Below, piece after piece: positions 38,202 to 45,459 of a stretch of 64,000 nucleotides of DNA. Under the pieces are notes generated by a model. The model was not told the DNA's origin and did not search any database. It saw nothing but the letters and a program-made list of their open reading frames with translations. The translations under genes and the position numbers were made by a program. How positions within the stretch are numbered: the stretch's first letter is position 1; each line of letters begins with the position of its first letter. Origin of the DNA: Sphaerochaetaceae bacterium (GTDB taxonomy: Bacteria; Spirochaetota; Spirochaetia; Sphaerochaetales; Sphaerochaetaceae); the NCBI GenBank assembly GCA_024699225.1, contig JAILPZ010000046.1, forward strand, positions 1,661 through 65,660, written 5' to 3'.

Positions 38202-38216
38202 TGGCACGTTTCTTGC
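38202..38216 (+). promoter_or_regulatory. sigma-54 (-24/-12) promoter-like element, TGGCAC-N5-TTGC
   Basis: TGGCACGTTTCTTGC matches all 10 specified consensus positions with canonical spacing. It is the only such match I found on either strand of the window. Confidence 0.45.
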
Positions 38217-38227
38217 TTTATAGAAGG

Positions 38228-38318
38228 CAGAGCAACAGTTTTTTCATACCTCCTTTAGTGTGATTTCTGGCGTCCGGCATCTCTCCCATTCTATTAAGCC
38301 GGATGCCAGCTTTTTTTT
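38228..38318 (+). ncRNA. candidate ~90-nt small RNA (sigma-54 element to terminator), no ORF
   Basis: The predicted start is about 12 nt after the -12 GC and the end is at the T8 tract. The RNA contains UACCUCCUUU (anti-SD-like) and a C-rich terminator loop. The plus strand has no ATG-initiated ORF in this interval. Confidence 0.3.
38267..38318 (+). terminator. plus-strand rho-independent terminator in the rlmE/rhomboid intergenic region
   Basis: CTGGCGTCCGGC (38267-38278) pairs with GCCGGATGCCAG (38298-38309) as 12 bp including one G-U. The loop is 19 nt, followed by C and T8 (38311-38318). There is no T-run on the opposite strand. Confidence 0.65.
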
Positions 38319-38327
38319 GCCATTTTG

Positions 38328-38930
38328 TCAGGCCTTCTTATCAAGCCCTATCAGGTAGGTTTCAAAGCTGTCGTTGCGGCAGGCCTTGGGTTTAAGGGTT
38401 TTTGCCTTTGTGAAAATCTGCCTCATTCTGATCAGCAGTTCCTGCTGTCCCCCGCCCTGGAAGATTTTAATAACAAGATTCCCGTGAACTTTCAAATGCT
38501 CTTCTGCCAGATACAGAACCTGCTCGGCAAGCCACTCGCTTCTGGACGTGTCAACTGTTCTGTTTCCTGTTGTCATGGGAGCTGCGTCACTGATTATGGC
38601 GTCAAAAGGACCGTGGGATATCAGCTTTTCGCGGATTTCAGGAGAAAAGGCGTCCCCCGTGTATTCAATTACGGTTGGAGGGACAGGGTTAAGACGCAGA
38701 GGATTGAGGTCTACGGCAACAATGGTGCCGTTTCCCTTCAAGAGCATTCTGTGCGTGTACAGAGTCCAGCTTCCCGGAGCAGCTCCTACGTCAAGAACCG
38801 TATCTCCGGGTTTTACAATATTATTCTGCTGCTGGATTTCTTCAAGTTTATAAACACTGCGCGCAGGGTAACCTTCCCTGTGCGCGCGCTGAGTATAAGA
38901 ATCTGCTGTGTCTCTTCTGCTTTTTGCCAT
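38328..38930 (-). CDS. rlmE: 23S rRNA (uridine2552-2'-O)-methyltransferase RlmE/FtsJ
   Basis: 200 aa with RSVYKLEEI and DVGAAPGSW SAM motifs, and DAAPMTTGNRTVD. Confidence 0.9.
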   Translation of the reverse strand: MAKSRRDTADSYTQRAHREGYPARSVYKLEEIQQQNNIVKPGDTVLDVGAAPGSWTLYTHRMLLKGNGTIVAVDLNPLRLNPVPPTVIEYTGDAFSPEIREKLISHGPFDAIISDAAPMTTGNRTVDTSRSEWLAEQVLYLAEEHLKVHGNLVIKIFQGGGQQELLIRMRQIFTKAKTLKPKACRNDSFETYLIGLDKKA

Positions 38931-38937
38931 ACAGAGA

Positions 38938-40782
38938 TTATATCAGAAGAGAATGAAGCTTTACAGCAAACTCTGCCGGATTCTTGGGCATGACACCTTC
39001 TGAAAGAAGGGCCTGGTCAAGAAGGACAGAAGAAGCATCTGCAACAAAGGTCTCGTCTTCAGATAAGGCAATCTTCTTGACAAAGGGATCTTCGGCATTG
39101 ATCTCGAGAACAGGTGCGCTCTCAGGCATACCTGTCTGACCCATGGCCTTGAGAAGCTGCTGCATCTGGACAGTCGGGTCGTTTGAGTCTGCTACAACTA
39201 CAGCAGAAACACCTGAAAGGCGTGAGGAAACCTTAACGTCCTTAACGCGGTCTCCGAGGGCCTTCTTAATCTTCTCTGCAACCTTCTTGTCTTCCTTTGC
39301 AACCTTCTTCTTGTCTGCAAAGTCGTCCATGGCGTCTGTCTTGTTTACAGCCTTAAGATCAAGGTCCTTGTACTTGCCCATAGAACCAATTACAAGTTCG
39401 TCTATATCATCTGTCATAAGAAGAACTTCGTAGCCCTTCTCCTTGTAGGAGGAAAGAAGCGGAGAATTCTTCAGAGTCTCTTCTGCAGCACCTGTAATGT
39501 AGTAAATGCTCTTCTGGTCACTCTTCATTCTTTCCTTGTACTGAGCAAGAGATGTGTAGCCTTCAACTTCAGAGCTCTTAAAGCGTACCAGCTCGAGAAG
39601 ATCGTCGCGGTTTGCATAGTCCTGGTAAAGACCCTCTTTAAGAGGTCTGTTGTACTGCTCAATAAACTTTGTATAAAGCTCAGGATTCTGTTCTGAAATC
39701 TTTTTGAACTCTCCCAGAAGCTTCTTTACAGAGGCTGTTCTGATTGCAGACATGACCTTGTTCTGCTGAAGAATCTCACGGGATACGTTAAGAGGAAGGT
39801 CCTCACTGTCAATAATACCGCGGACAAAGCGCAGATATGTTGGCAGAAGCTCCTTGTCGTCATCTGTAATGTATACACGTCTTACGTAGAGTTTTACGCC
39901 GGGCTTGTAGTCAGCATGGTACATGTCCATAGGAGCCTTGGCAGGAATGAAGAAGAGTGTTGTGTACTCTGTAGCACCCTCTGCCTTTGTGTGGATGTAG
40001 AAAAGCGGGTTCTCTGTGTCGTAGGAAGTATTCTTGTAGAAGTCGTTGTAGTCCTCTTCCTTCAGCTCGCTCTTGCTTCTTCTCCAGAGGGCGGAAGCAC
40101 TGTTGATTTTTTCAACTTTGTGTTCGGTTCCGGTGACATTGTACTTGTCATCGTAGGTGTTCTGGTCGTAAGCAAGGTAGATCGGGTAGGCAATATGATC
40201 GCTGTACTGCTTGACCAGGTTCTCAATCTGCCATCTGTTGGCGTACTCCTTGCCCTCTTCGTTGAGGTACAGCGTGATGGTTGTGCCGCAGCTTTCACGT
40301 TCGGCTTCGTCGATAGTGTATTTTTCCCTGCCGTCACTGGCCCACTTGTAGGCCTTGTCGCTTCCCCAGGCCTTTGAGACAACCTCGACCTTCTCGGCTA
40401 CCATAAAGGCGGCGTAGAAGCCTACACCGAACTGACCGATAAGGTTGCTGTCAGACTTCTGCTCCTCTGTAAGGTTTGCAAGAAACTTCTTTGTGCCTGA
40501 GTGTGCAATTGTTCCCAGGTTCTCAGAAAGCTCGTCGTGAGTCATACCAATTCCGTTATCTGAAATGGTAAGAGTTCTCTTGTCTCCCTCTGTGAAGGAG
40601 ATATCAATTCTCATTTCATCTGTGGTGAAATTTTCTGTCAGGGATTTATATCTGAGCTTGTCCAGAGCATCTGAAGCGTTGGAGATAAGTTCTCTTAAAA
40701 AGATTTCCTTGTGTGAATAAAGTGAATGAATAATAAGCTGCAGAAGATCAGTTACTTCTGTCTTAAACTGTTTGCGTTCCAT
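38938..40782 (-). CDS. htpG: molecular chaperone HtpG (Hsp90)
   Basis: 614 aa with FLRELISNASDALDKLR and GQFGVGFYAAFMVA blocks. SD GGAGG upstream. Confidence 0.95.
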   Translation of the reverse strand: MERKQFKTEVTDLLQLIIHSLYSHKEIFLRELISNASDALDKLRYKSLTENFTTDEMRIDISFTEGDKRTLTISDNGIGMTHDELSENLGTIAHSGTKKFLANLTEEQKSDSNLIGQFGVGFYAAFMVAEKVEVVSKAWGSDKAYKWASDGREKYTIDEAERESCGTTITLYLNEEGKEYANRWQIENLVKQYSDHIAYPIYLAYDQNTYDDKYNVTGTEHKVEKINSASALWRRSKSELKEEDYNDFYKNTSYDTENPLFYIHTKAEGATEYTTLFFIPAKAPMDMYHADYKPGVKLYVRRVYITDDDKELLPTYLRFVRGIIDSEDLPLNVSREILQQNKVMSAIRTASVKKLLGEFKKISEQNPELYTKFIEQYNRPLKEGLYQDYANRDDLLELVRFKSSEVEGYTSLAQYKERMKSDQKSIYYITGAAEETLKNSPLLSSYKEKGYEVLLMTDDIDELVIGSMGKYKDLDLKAVNKTDAMDDFADKKKVAKEDKKVAEKIKKALGDRVKDVKVSSRLSGVSAVVVADSNDPTVQMQQLLKAMGQTGMPESAPVLEINAEDPFVKKIALSEDETFVADASSVLLDQALLSEGVMPKNPAEFAVKLHSLLI

Positions 40783-40845
40783 TTTGCCTCCAAAACTTGT
40801 CTTAGAACTGAACTAAGATACCTAATTTGAGGCATATCGGCAACC

Positions 40846-41883
40846 TCAGATCCAGTCTTTTACTCCGTCAAGCAGACTTCCCATAAAGAAAAAGCGGTCA
40901 AGAGCAAGCTCGCTGGCACCGCGAAGCAGAGCCTTCTCTCCGAGAACCGAAGCCTCAATCTTCATTCCGGGGCATGCATCACGCAGCTCCTGAAGACAGC
41001 GCTCCTCAATTGTTGCCCCTTCTCCGCCAATTATCACAGAGGAAGAACCTGTTACCTTTGAAGCAGTTCTCAGAGCTTTAGCCATCATGGACAGCTGCTC
41101 GGTACCAACCTTATCCCATATATCCTTAAAGTGAGCCTCATGAGACCCGCAGACTGCGTATATTGAGCAGAAAGACTCAAGGTCCCCCTTGTTGGATACC
41201 ATGATGTGCCCGAATTCTGCGGACGTTCCTGCAACACTTCCCTTTGAGTAAATTGACAGTTCCACCGTATCTCCCCAGTTCAGGTAGAGAAGGTTTTCCT
41301 TATCCCGCATCCTCTCATTCTCCGCTTTCTCTGCAGCAATGAGGGCTATGGATGTTTCTTCAAGGACAACCTCTTTCTTTAGAAACTGCTCAAGTGCCTT
41401 TTTCAGGCTTTCTGCTTTCCCGTCATTTATAAAATCAATATCAGAGGACAATCCTACTCCCGCAATCTGCTCGTCCTTTACCAGCTTTGCATTTCTCAGA
41501 CAGCTCTTAATAACAAGGGCAAAAAAGGCTTCTTCAGATTCTGAAAAGTCTGAGGGAAGACGCTCCATCTTAACTATGTTTCCATCAAGAGAACAAAGGG
41601 CCGTCTCGGTAAATCTGAGACCGAAGTGAACAGAGAGAACAAAGGCAGAGTCTCCGACCAGTTCAAGGGCTGTTGCCTTTCTTCCGTTTACTGAGTCAAG
41701 TTTTCCGGCTTCCTTAACAAGTCCTCTTTCAAGAAGAGAGTCCACAATCTCACCTGTTGACACCTTGTTAAGTTCAAGAGTCCTGGCCAGATCAGCCTTT
41801 GACAGGCCGCCTGTTTTTCTCAGAGAGCTGAGAACTCTTGCCGTGTTTATGATTCTTGCGCTGTTTGGCTGACTTAACTTCAT
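40846..41883 (-). CDS. ROK-family transcriptional regulator (wHTH plus ROK sugar-kinase-like domain, Zn motif incomplete)
   Basis: N-terminal wHTH (LSKADLARTLELNKVSTGEIVDSLLERGLV). The ROK-like core carries EFGH but lacks the CxCGxxGC motif. Confidence 0.7.
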   Translation of the reverse strand: MKLSQPNSARIINTARVLSSLRKTGGLSKADLARTLELNKVSTGEIVDSLLERGLVKEAGKLDSVNGRKATALELVGDSAFVLSVHFGLRFTETALCSLDGNIVKMERLPSDFSESEEAFFALVIKSCLRNAKLVKDEQIAGVGLSSDIDFINDGKAESLKKALEQFLKKEVVLEETSIALIAAEKAENERMRDKENLLYLNWGDTVELSIYSKGSVAGTSAEFGHIMVSNKGDLESFCSIYAVCGSHEAHFKDIWDKVGTEQLSMMAKALRTASKVTGSSSVIIGGEGATIEERCLQELRDACPGMKIEASVLGEKALLRGASELALDRFFFMGSLLDGVKDWI

Positions 41884-41967
41884 TTATACCTCTGACACTC
41901 TTTTAATAATATTACGGATGACAAAAAGCGTAAAGAAGAGTTAAAGTTCACACAAGGAGATAAACAA

Positions 41968-42531
41968 ATGCTCAGAAAATTACCTAAAACAAAGGGCTTT
42001 TTTGCCGAATTTAAAAAGTTTGCTCTTCGCGGAAATGTAATTGAGATGGCCGTTGGTATTGTAATAGGTGCATCTTTTAACGCAATTGTCACTTCCATAG
42101 TTCAGGGAGTGCTTAACCCGATTATAGGTAAGTTGCTCGGCAAGGTAGACCTTAGCGAGCTTAAGATTGTGCTCACACCGGCTACGGAAGAGGTTGCAGA
42201 AGTTGCAATCAAGTACGGCATGGTAATTCAGAAAACTCTTGAATTTACCATCACTGCCTTTGTCATGTTCCTTATCATCAAGGGTATGAACCGCTTAAAC
42301 GATGTACAGCAGAAGATTGAAGATGACATAAAGGAAGCGGCTGCCAAAAAGGCCTCTGACGAGAAAGATGCCGTTGAAAAGAAAGCTGCCGAAGAAAAGG
42401 CAGAAGCCGAAAAGAAAGCTGCAGAAATGGCAAAGAAGGAAGAAGAGATTGCCAAAACAGGTTCTGAGAACACAGCTCTTTTAAAAGAGATAGTAAGTAT
42501 TCTTAAAGAGCAGCAGGCGGCAAAGAAGTGA
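41968..42531 (+). CDS. mscL: large-conductance mechanosensitive channel MscL with a long Lys/Glu/Ala-rich linker
   Basis: FKKFALRGNVIEMAVGIVIGASFNAIVTS N-terminus and C-terminal LLKEIVSILKEQ. SD AAGGAGA upstream. Confidence 0.9.
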   Translation: MLRKLPKTKGFFAEFKKFALRGNVIEMAVGIVIGASFNAIVTSIVQGVLNPIIGKLLGKVDLSELKIVLTPATEEVAEVAIKYGMVIQKTLEFTITAFVMFLIIKGMNRLNDVQQKIEDDIKEAAAKKASDEKDAVEKKAAEEKAEAEKKAAEMAKKEEEIAKTGSENTALLKEIVSILKEQQAAKK

Positions 42532-43067
42532 AATACTCATTAAGAAAAATAATACTCGTTGCCATGTTCACTGCACTAATTTGTGCAGGAGCCTTTATAC
42601 GCATACCGCTTCCACCGGTGCCGGTTACACTTCAAACCCTGTTTGTTCTGATAGCAGCGCTCTCACTTCCGTCTTCTCTGTCTCTTGAAGCCGTTGTTCT
42701 GTATCTTTTTCTGGGAATAATCGGTCTTCCAGTTTTCACAAGCGGAGGCGGCTTTGCAGCCCTGCTCGGCCCGACCGGAGGCTATCTGATAGGCCTTATT
42801 CCCGCTGTCCTTATCGGCGGCCTTCTTTCAAAGGCAAAAAACAGTTTCCCCTGGTACCTGCTCTGTGCTTTTGCCGGCACAGTCGGTGTCTATGTTCCGG
42901 GTCTTCTGGTTTTAAAATTTACAAGGGACCTCTCATGGACAGCAACACTGTCTGCAGGTCTTGTTCCTTTTATTATCGGGGATACATTAAAGATCATAGT
43001 AAGTGCCTTGACAGCCGCAGCTGTAAGACCAAAGGTTAAGATTCTTCTTGAAAACAACGGGCAGTAA
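42528..43067 (+). CDS. bioY: biotin transporter S-component BioY
   Basis: VPVTLQTLFVLIAA and GPTGGYLIG blocks. GTG start overlaps the mscL stop (GTGA). Confidence 0.85.
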   Translation: MKYSLRKIILVAMFTALICAGAFIRIPLPPVPVTLQTLFVLIAALSLPSSLSLEAVVLYLFLGIIGLPVFTSGGGFAALLGPTGGYLIGLIPAVLIGGLLSKAKNSFPWYLLCAFAGTVGVYVPGLLVLKFTRDLSWTATLSAGLVPFIIGDTLKIIVSALTAAAVRPKVKILLENNGQ

Positions 43068-43629
43068 GGGCATCTGAATAGCTGCTTACCTTTTCAAGAA
43101 GGTTCAAAATAACATTTTTAACAAGTAACTGAGTATAAGAGACGGGGCTTCTGAAAAAGGAAGCCCCTCTTGCTCTTCCGCTGTCCATGGTCTTAGAGAT
43201 GGTCTCAACCGTTATGGGAAGCATGGAAAGAGAAAGGGATAAGGCCATTCCAAAGCGGGATTTTCCGAATACTCTGGCCAGGTCAAAGGCGCTGGTACAG
43301 TCGGTAAAAATAATTGAAAGTAAAATCACATTTAAGTATCTGCACACAGCCGTTGCCGTCTGCATGGCGTTTTTTGTGTTGTAGTACTCAGAGATGGCAA
43401 TAAAGAGTGCTATTACAAGAAAAACCCTTCCGCTTTTAAAAAGAGTTGAAAGAGGAATTTTGTTTGCCGCATAAAGGACAACAAGAACAGCTGCAGTTAT
43501 AAAAACTACGTTTGCAGGAGCCTTTGAACTTACAAGACAGAGAATAAATACAGTTATGAGTTTTAACAGAGGATTAAGACGGTTTAAATAACTGCCTCTG
43601 TCCCTGTACTGAAAGAGGCGGCTGTTCAA
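43036..43629 (-). CDS. ECF transporter T-component (BioN/EcfT-like, short form)
   Basis: 197 aa with 4-5 TM helices and an N-terminal YLNRLNPLLKL block (CbiQ family). TTG start with GGAGG SD inside the upstream ATPase gene. Confidence 0.7.
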   Translation of the reverse strand: MNSRLFQYRDRGSYLNRLNPLLKLITVFILCLVSSKAPANVVFITAAVLVVLYAANKIPLSTLFKSGRVFLVIALFIAISEYYNTKNAMQTATAVCRYLNVILLSIIFTDCTSAFDLARVFGKSRFGMALSLSLSMLPITVETISKTMDSGRARGASFFRSPVSYTQLLVKNVILNLLEKVSSYSDALTARCFQEES

Positions 43630-44372
43630 GACTCTTCCTCCAGGTAAGAGAGGGAGGAGAAATCTCCTTTCGGGCAGTAAATTCCGTTTCCCTTAAAGTG
43701 TTTTACAGCTTCCTCTGCACTGCCCAGGAAAACTGTTTTTCCGCCGTTTATAATCAGGGCCCTGTCACAAAGGGCAATATATTTTTCAACCTCATGGCTT
43801 ACAAGCAAAACTGTTTTCCCGTTTTCCTTAAGCTTCAGTATGGCCTTGAGAACCGTCTGCACTCCCCTGTAATCAAGGTTTGCAAATGGCTCATCCAGCA
43901 TAACTATCTGAGGGTCCATGGCAAGAACTCCGGCTATCACAAGCTTTCTTCTCTCGCCCCCTGAAAGGGTCTCTGGACCCTGCTTTCTGAAACTCTCAAG
44001 ATTAAAAAACTCAATTGCCCTGTCAGTTGCCTTCTTTACCTCTTCCTTGGAGAGCCTTAGATTCTCAGGGCCAAAGGCAATATCGCGCTCGACAGTCTCG
44101 CCTATGGTCTGTACATCTGCATCCTGAAAGACAAGACCCATTTTTAAAAGCCTTGTCTTCTCGCTTTTGGTACAGTCCTTTCCTTCCAGGAATATACGGC
44201 CGCTAAGCGGTTTCTGAAGGCCCTTGAGAATTCTGAGCAGACAGCTCTTACCCGCTCCGTTTGGTCCGCAGACGGCTAAAAGCTGCCCTTTTTCAAGAGC
44301 AAACGAGATATCTTCAAGTATTGTTTTCTCTCCGATTTTCAGTCCGAGATTTTCTACTCTTAAAACTTCCAT
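43626..44372 (-). CDS. ECF/ABC transporter ATP-binding protein (BioM/EcfA-like)
   Basis: Walker A GPNGAGKS, signature LSGGERRK, Walker B VMLDEP. Confidence 0.85.
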   Translation of the reverse strand: MEVLRVENLGLKIGEKTILEDISFALEKGQLLAVCGPNGAGKSCLLRILKGLQKPLSGRIFLEGKDCTKSEKTRLLKMGLVFQDADVQTIGETVERDIAFGPENLRLSKEEVKKATDRAIEFFNLESFRKQGPETLSGGERRKLVIAGVLAMDPQIVMLDEPFANLDYRGVQTVLKAILKLKENGKTVLLVSHEVEKYIALCDRALIINGGKTVFLGSAEEAVKHFKGNGIYCPKGDFSSLSYLEEES

Positions 44373-45199
44373 CAGATCTTTCTGAGAATTCCCTTAATCA
44401 GGGCTGAGAAGGATTTCTTTACCTTAAGGCCTGTTTCAAGAACCTCATCATGTCCGAGTGGCTGGTCAAGGATTCCTGCAGCCATATTTGTCATACAGCT
44501 TATTCCGAGAGTCTTCAAACCACAGTGTGCGGCTGCAATTGCCTCAGGAACAGTACTCATGCCTGCAGCATCTGCTCCGAGAATTCTTGCGGCTCTGATT
44601 TCTGCCGGAGTTTCAAAACTCGGTCCGGCAAAGAACATGTACACTCCTTCCTTAATTTCCAGACCCTGTTCCTTTGCAACGCTCTTGGCAAGTGCAATAA
44701 GATCCGGGTCGTAGGCTCTGGACATGTCAAAGAAACGAAGTCCAAGCTCTTCCTCGTTGTGTCCGCGCATGGGGTTCTCTGAAGTTGTGAGCTTAATATG
44801 GTCGTTGATAATCATAAGGTCGCCGGGTTTCCAGCTCTTATTGATACAGCCTGCTGCGTTTGTAAGAATCAGATTCTTTACTCCCAGAATCTTCATGACC
44901 TGAACCGGGAATACAACCTGGTCCATTCCCCAGCCTTCATAGAAGTGGAACCTTCCCTGCATGCAGAGAACATTCTTTCCTTCAAGCTCACCTATCACCA
45001 GTCTCCCGGCATGTCCGGGAACAGTTGATACAGGAAAGTGAGGAATATCCTTATAGTCGACAAAAACGGGGTTCTTTATCTCCTGGGCCATATCTCCCAG
45101 TCCTGAACCAAGAACAAGACCTGCATCAAGCTGCATGTCTCCAATCTGCTTTCTGATATAAGCTCCTGCTTCTTTGAGCTTACGCATAAGATCCTGCAT
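44372..45199 (-). CDS. punA: purine nucleoside phosphorylase (trimeric PNP-I, inosine/guanosine type)
   Basis: VLGSGLG, GRFHFYEG, LTNAAG and GMSTVPE blocks. The ATG at 45199 has AGGAGG 5 nt upstream. Confidence 0.85.
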   Translation of the reverse strand: MQDLMRKLKEAGAYIRKQIGDMQLDAGLVLGSGLGDMAQEIKNPVFVDYKDIPHFPVSTVPGHAGRLVIGELEGKNVLCMQGRFHFYEGWGMDQVVFPVQVMKILGVKNLILTNAAGCINKSWKPGDLMIINDHIKLTTSENPMRGHNEEELGLRFFDMSRAYDPDLIALAKSVAKEQGLEIKEGVYMFFAGPSFETPAEIRAARILGADAAGMSTVPEAIAAAHCGLKTLGISCMTNMAAGILDQPLGHDEVLETGLKVKKSFSALIKGILRKI

Positions 45200-45305
45200 A
45201 TGAGCCTCCTGCAACAGTATCGGTTTCATTATATATAACTCTGAACAATTTATGTTAAAAATCTCTTCTTCAACTTCCTCTTCAGCTCCTGCAGGCTCTC
45301 CTAAA

Positions 45306-45383
45306 TCAGTAAAATTTTAATAAAAGTAATTTTTTTACTGACGAAATCAGTATAAAAAAACAAAAAGTAATTTTTTTACTGAC
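45306..45383. repeat. tandem pair of 37-nt AT-rich inverted-repeat units (TCAGTA...TTACTGAC), 4-nt spacer
   Basis: Unit 45306-45342 is TCAGTAAAATTTTAATAAAAGTAATTTTTTTACTGAC. Unit 45347-45383 is TCAGTATAAAAAAACAAAAAGTAATTTTTTTACTGAC. The 3' 21 nt are identical. The same family occurs at 63054-63129. Confidence 0.8.
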
Positions 45384-45397
45384 TTAATCTGGCCCGG

Positions 45398-45439
45398 TAA
45401 AGCAAATAAAAGCCACATGAACGGGAAATTCATGTGGCC
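45398..45439 (-). terminator. rho-independent terminator of the Gfo/Idh/MocA gene
   Basis: Minus strand reads GCCACATGAA-TTTCCCG-TTCATGTGGC followed by TTTTATTTGCTTT. Confidence 0.8.
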
Positions 45440-45459
45440 TGATATAAAATCTTTACAAT

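Noticed and set aside
38218-38247. Minus-strand mini-ORF MKKLLLCLL* preceded by a perfect SD (AAAGGAGGT)
   Set aside because: Nine codons with no conservation evidence. The SD-like string is the complement of the CCUCC motif of the plus-strand sRNA candidate, so only one reading is likely to be functional. I kept it as the alternative explanation (leader peptide or truncated lipoprotein signal) but do not call it a gene.
38325-38993. 222-aa plus-strand ORF covering the whole rlmE locus
   Set aside because: It is exactly antisense to a gene with clear RlmE/FtsJ motifs. It has no recognisable motifs, no SD, and a low-complexity Arg/Ser/Cys-rich translation. This is a shadow ORF. The same reasoning applies to other long antisense ORFs: 4527-5024, 5520-6011, 10639-11244, 29546-29956, 36697-37224, 48672-49169 and 54959-55495.
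45306-45383. AT-rich tandem units considered as a CRISPR array (also 63054-63129)
   Set aside because: There are only two units per locus, the 'spacers' are 4 nt, and no cas genes are present. The units differ internally, whereas CRISPR repeats are near-identical.
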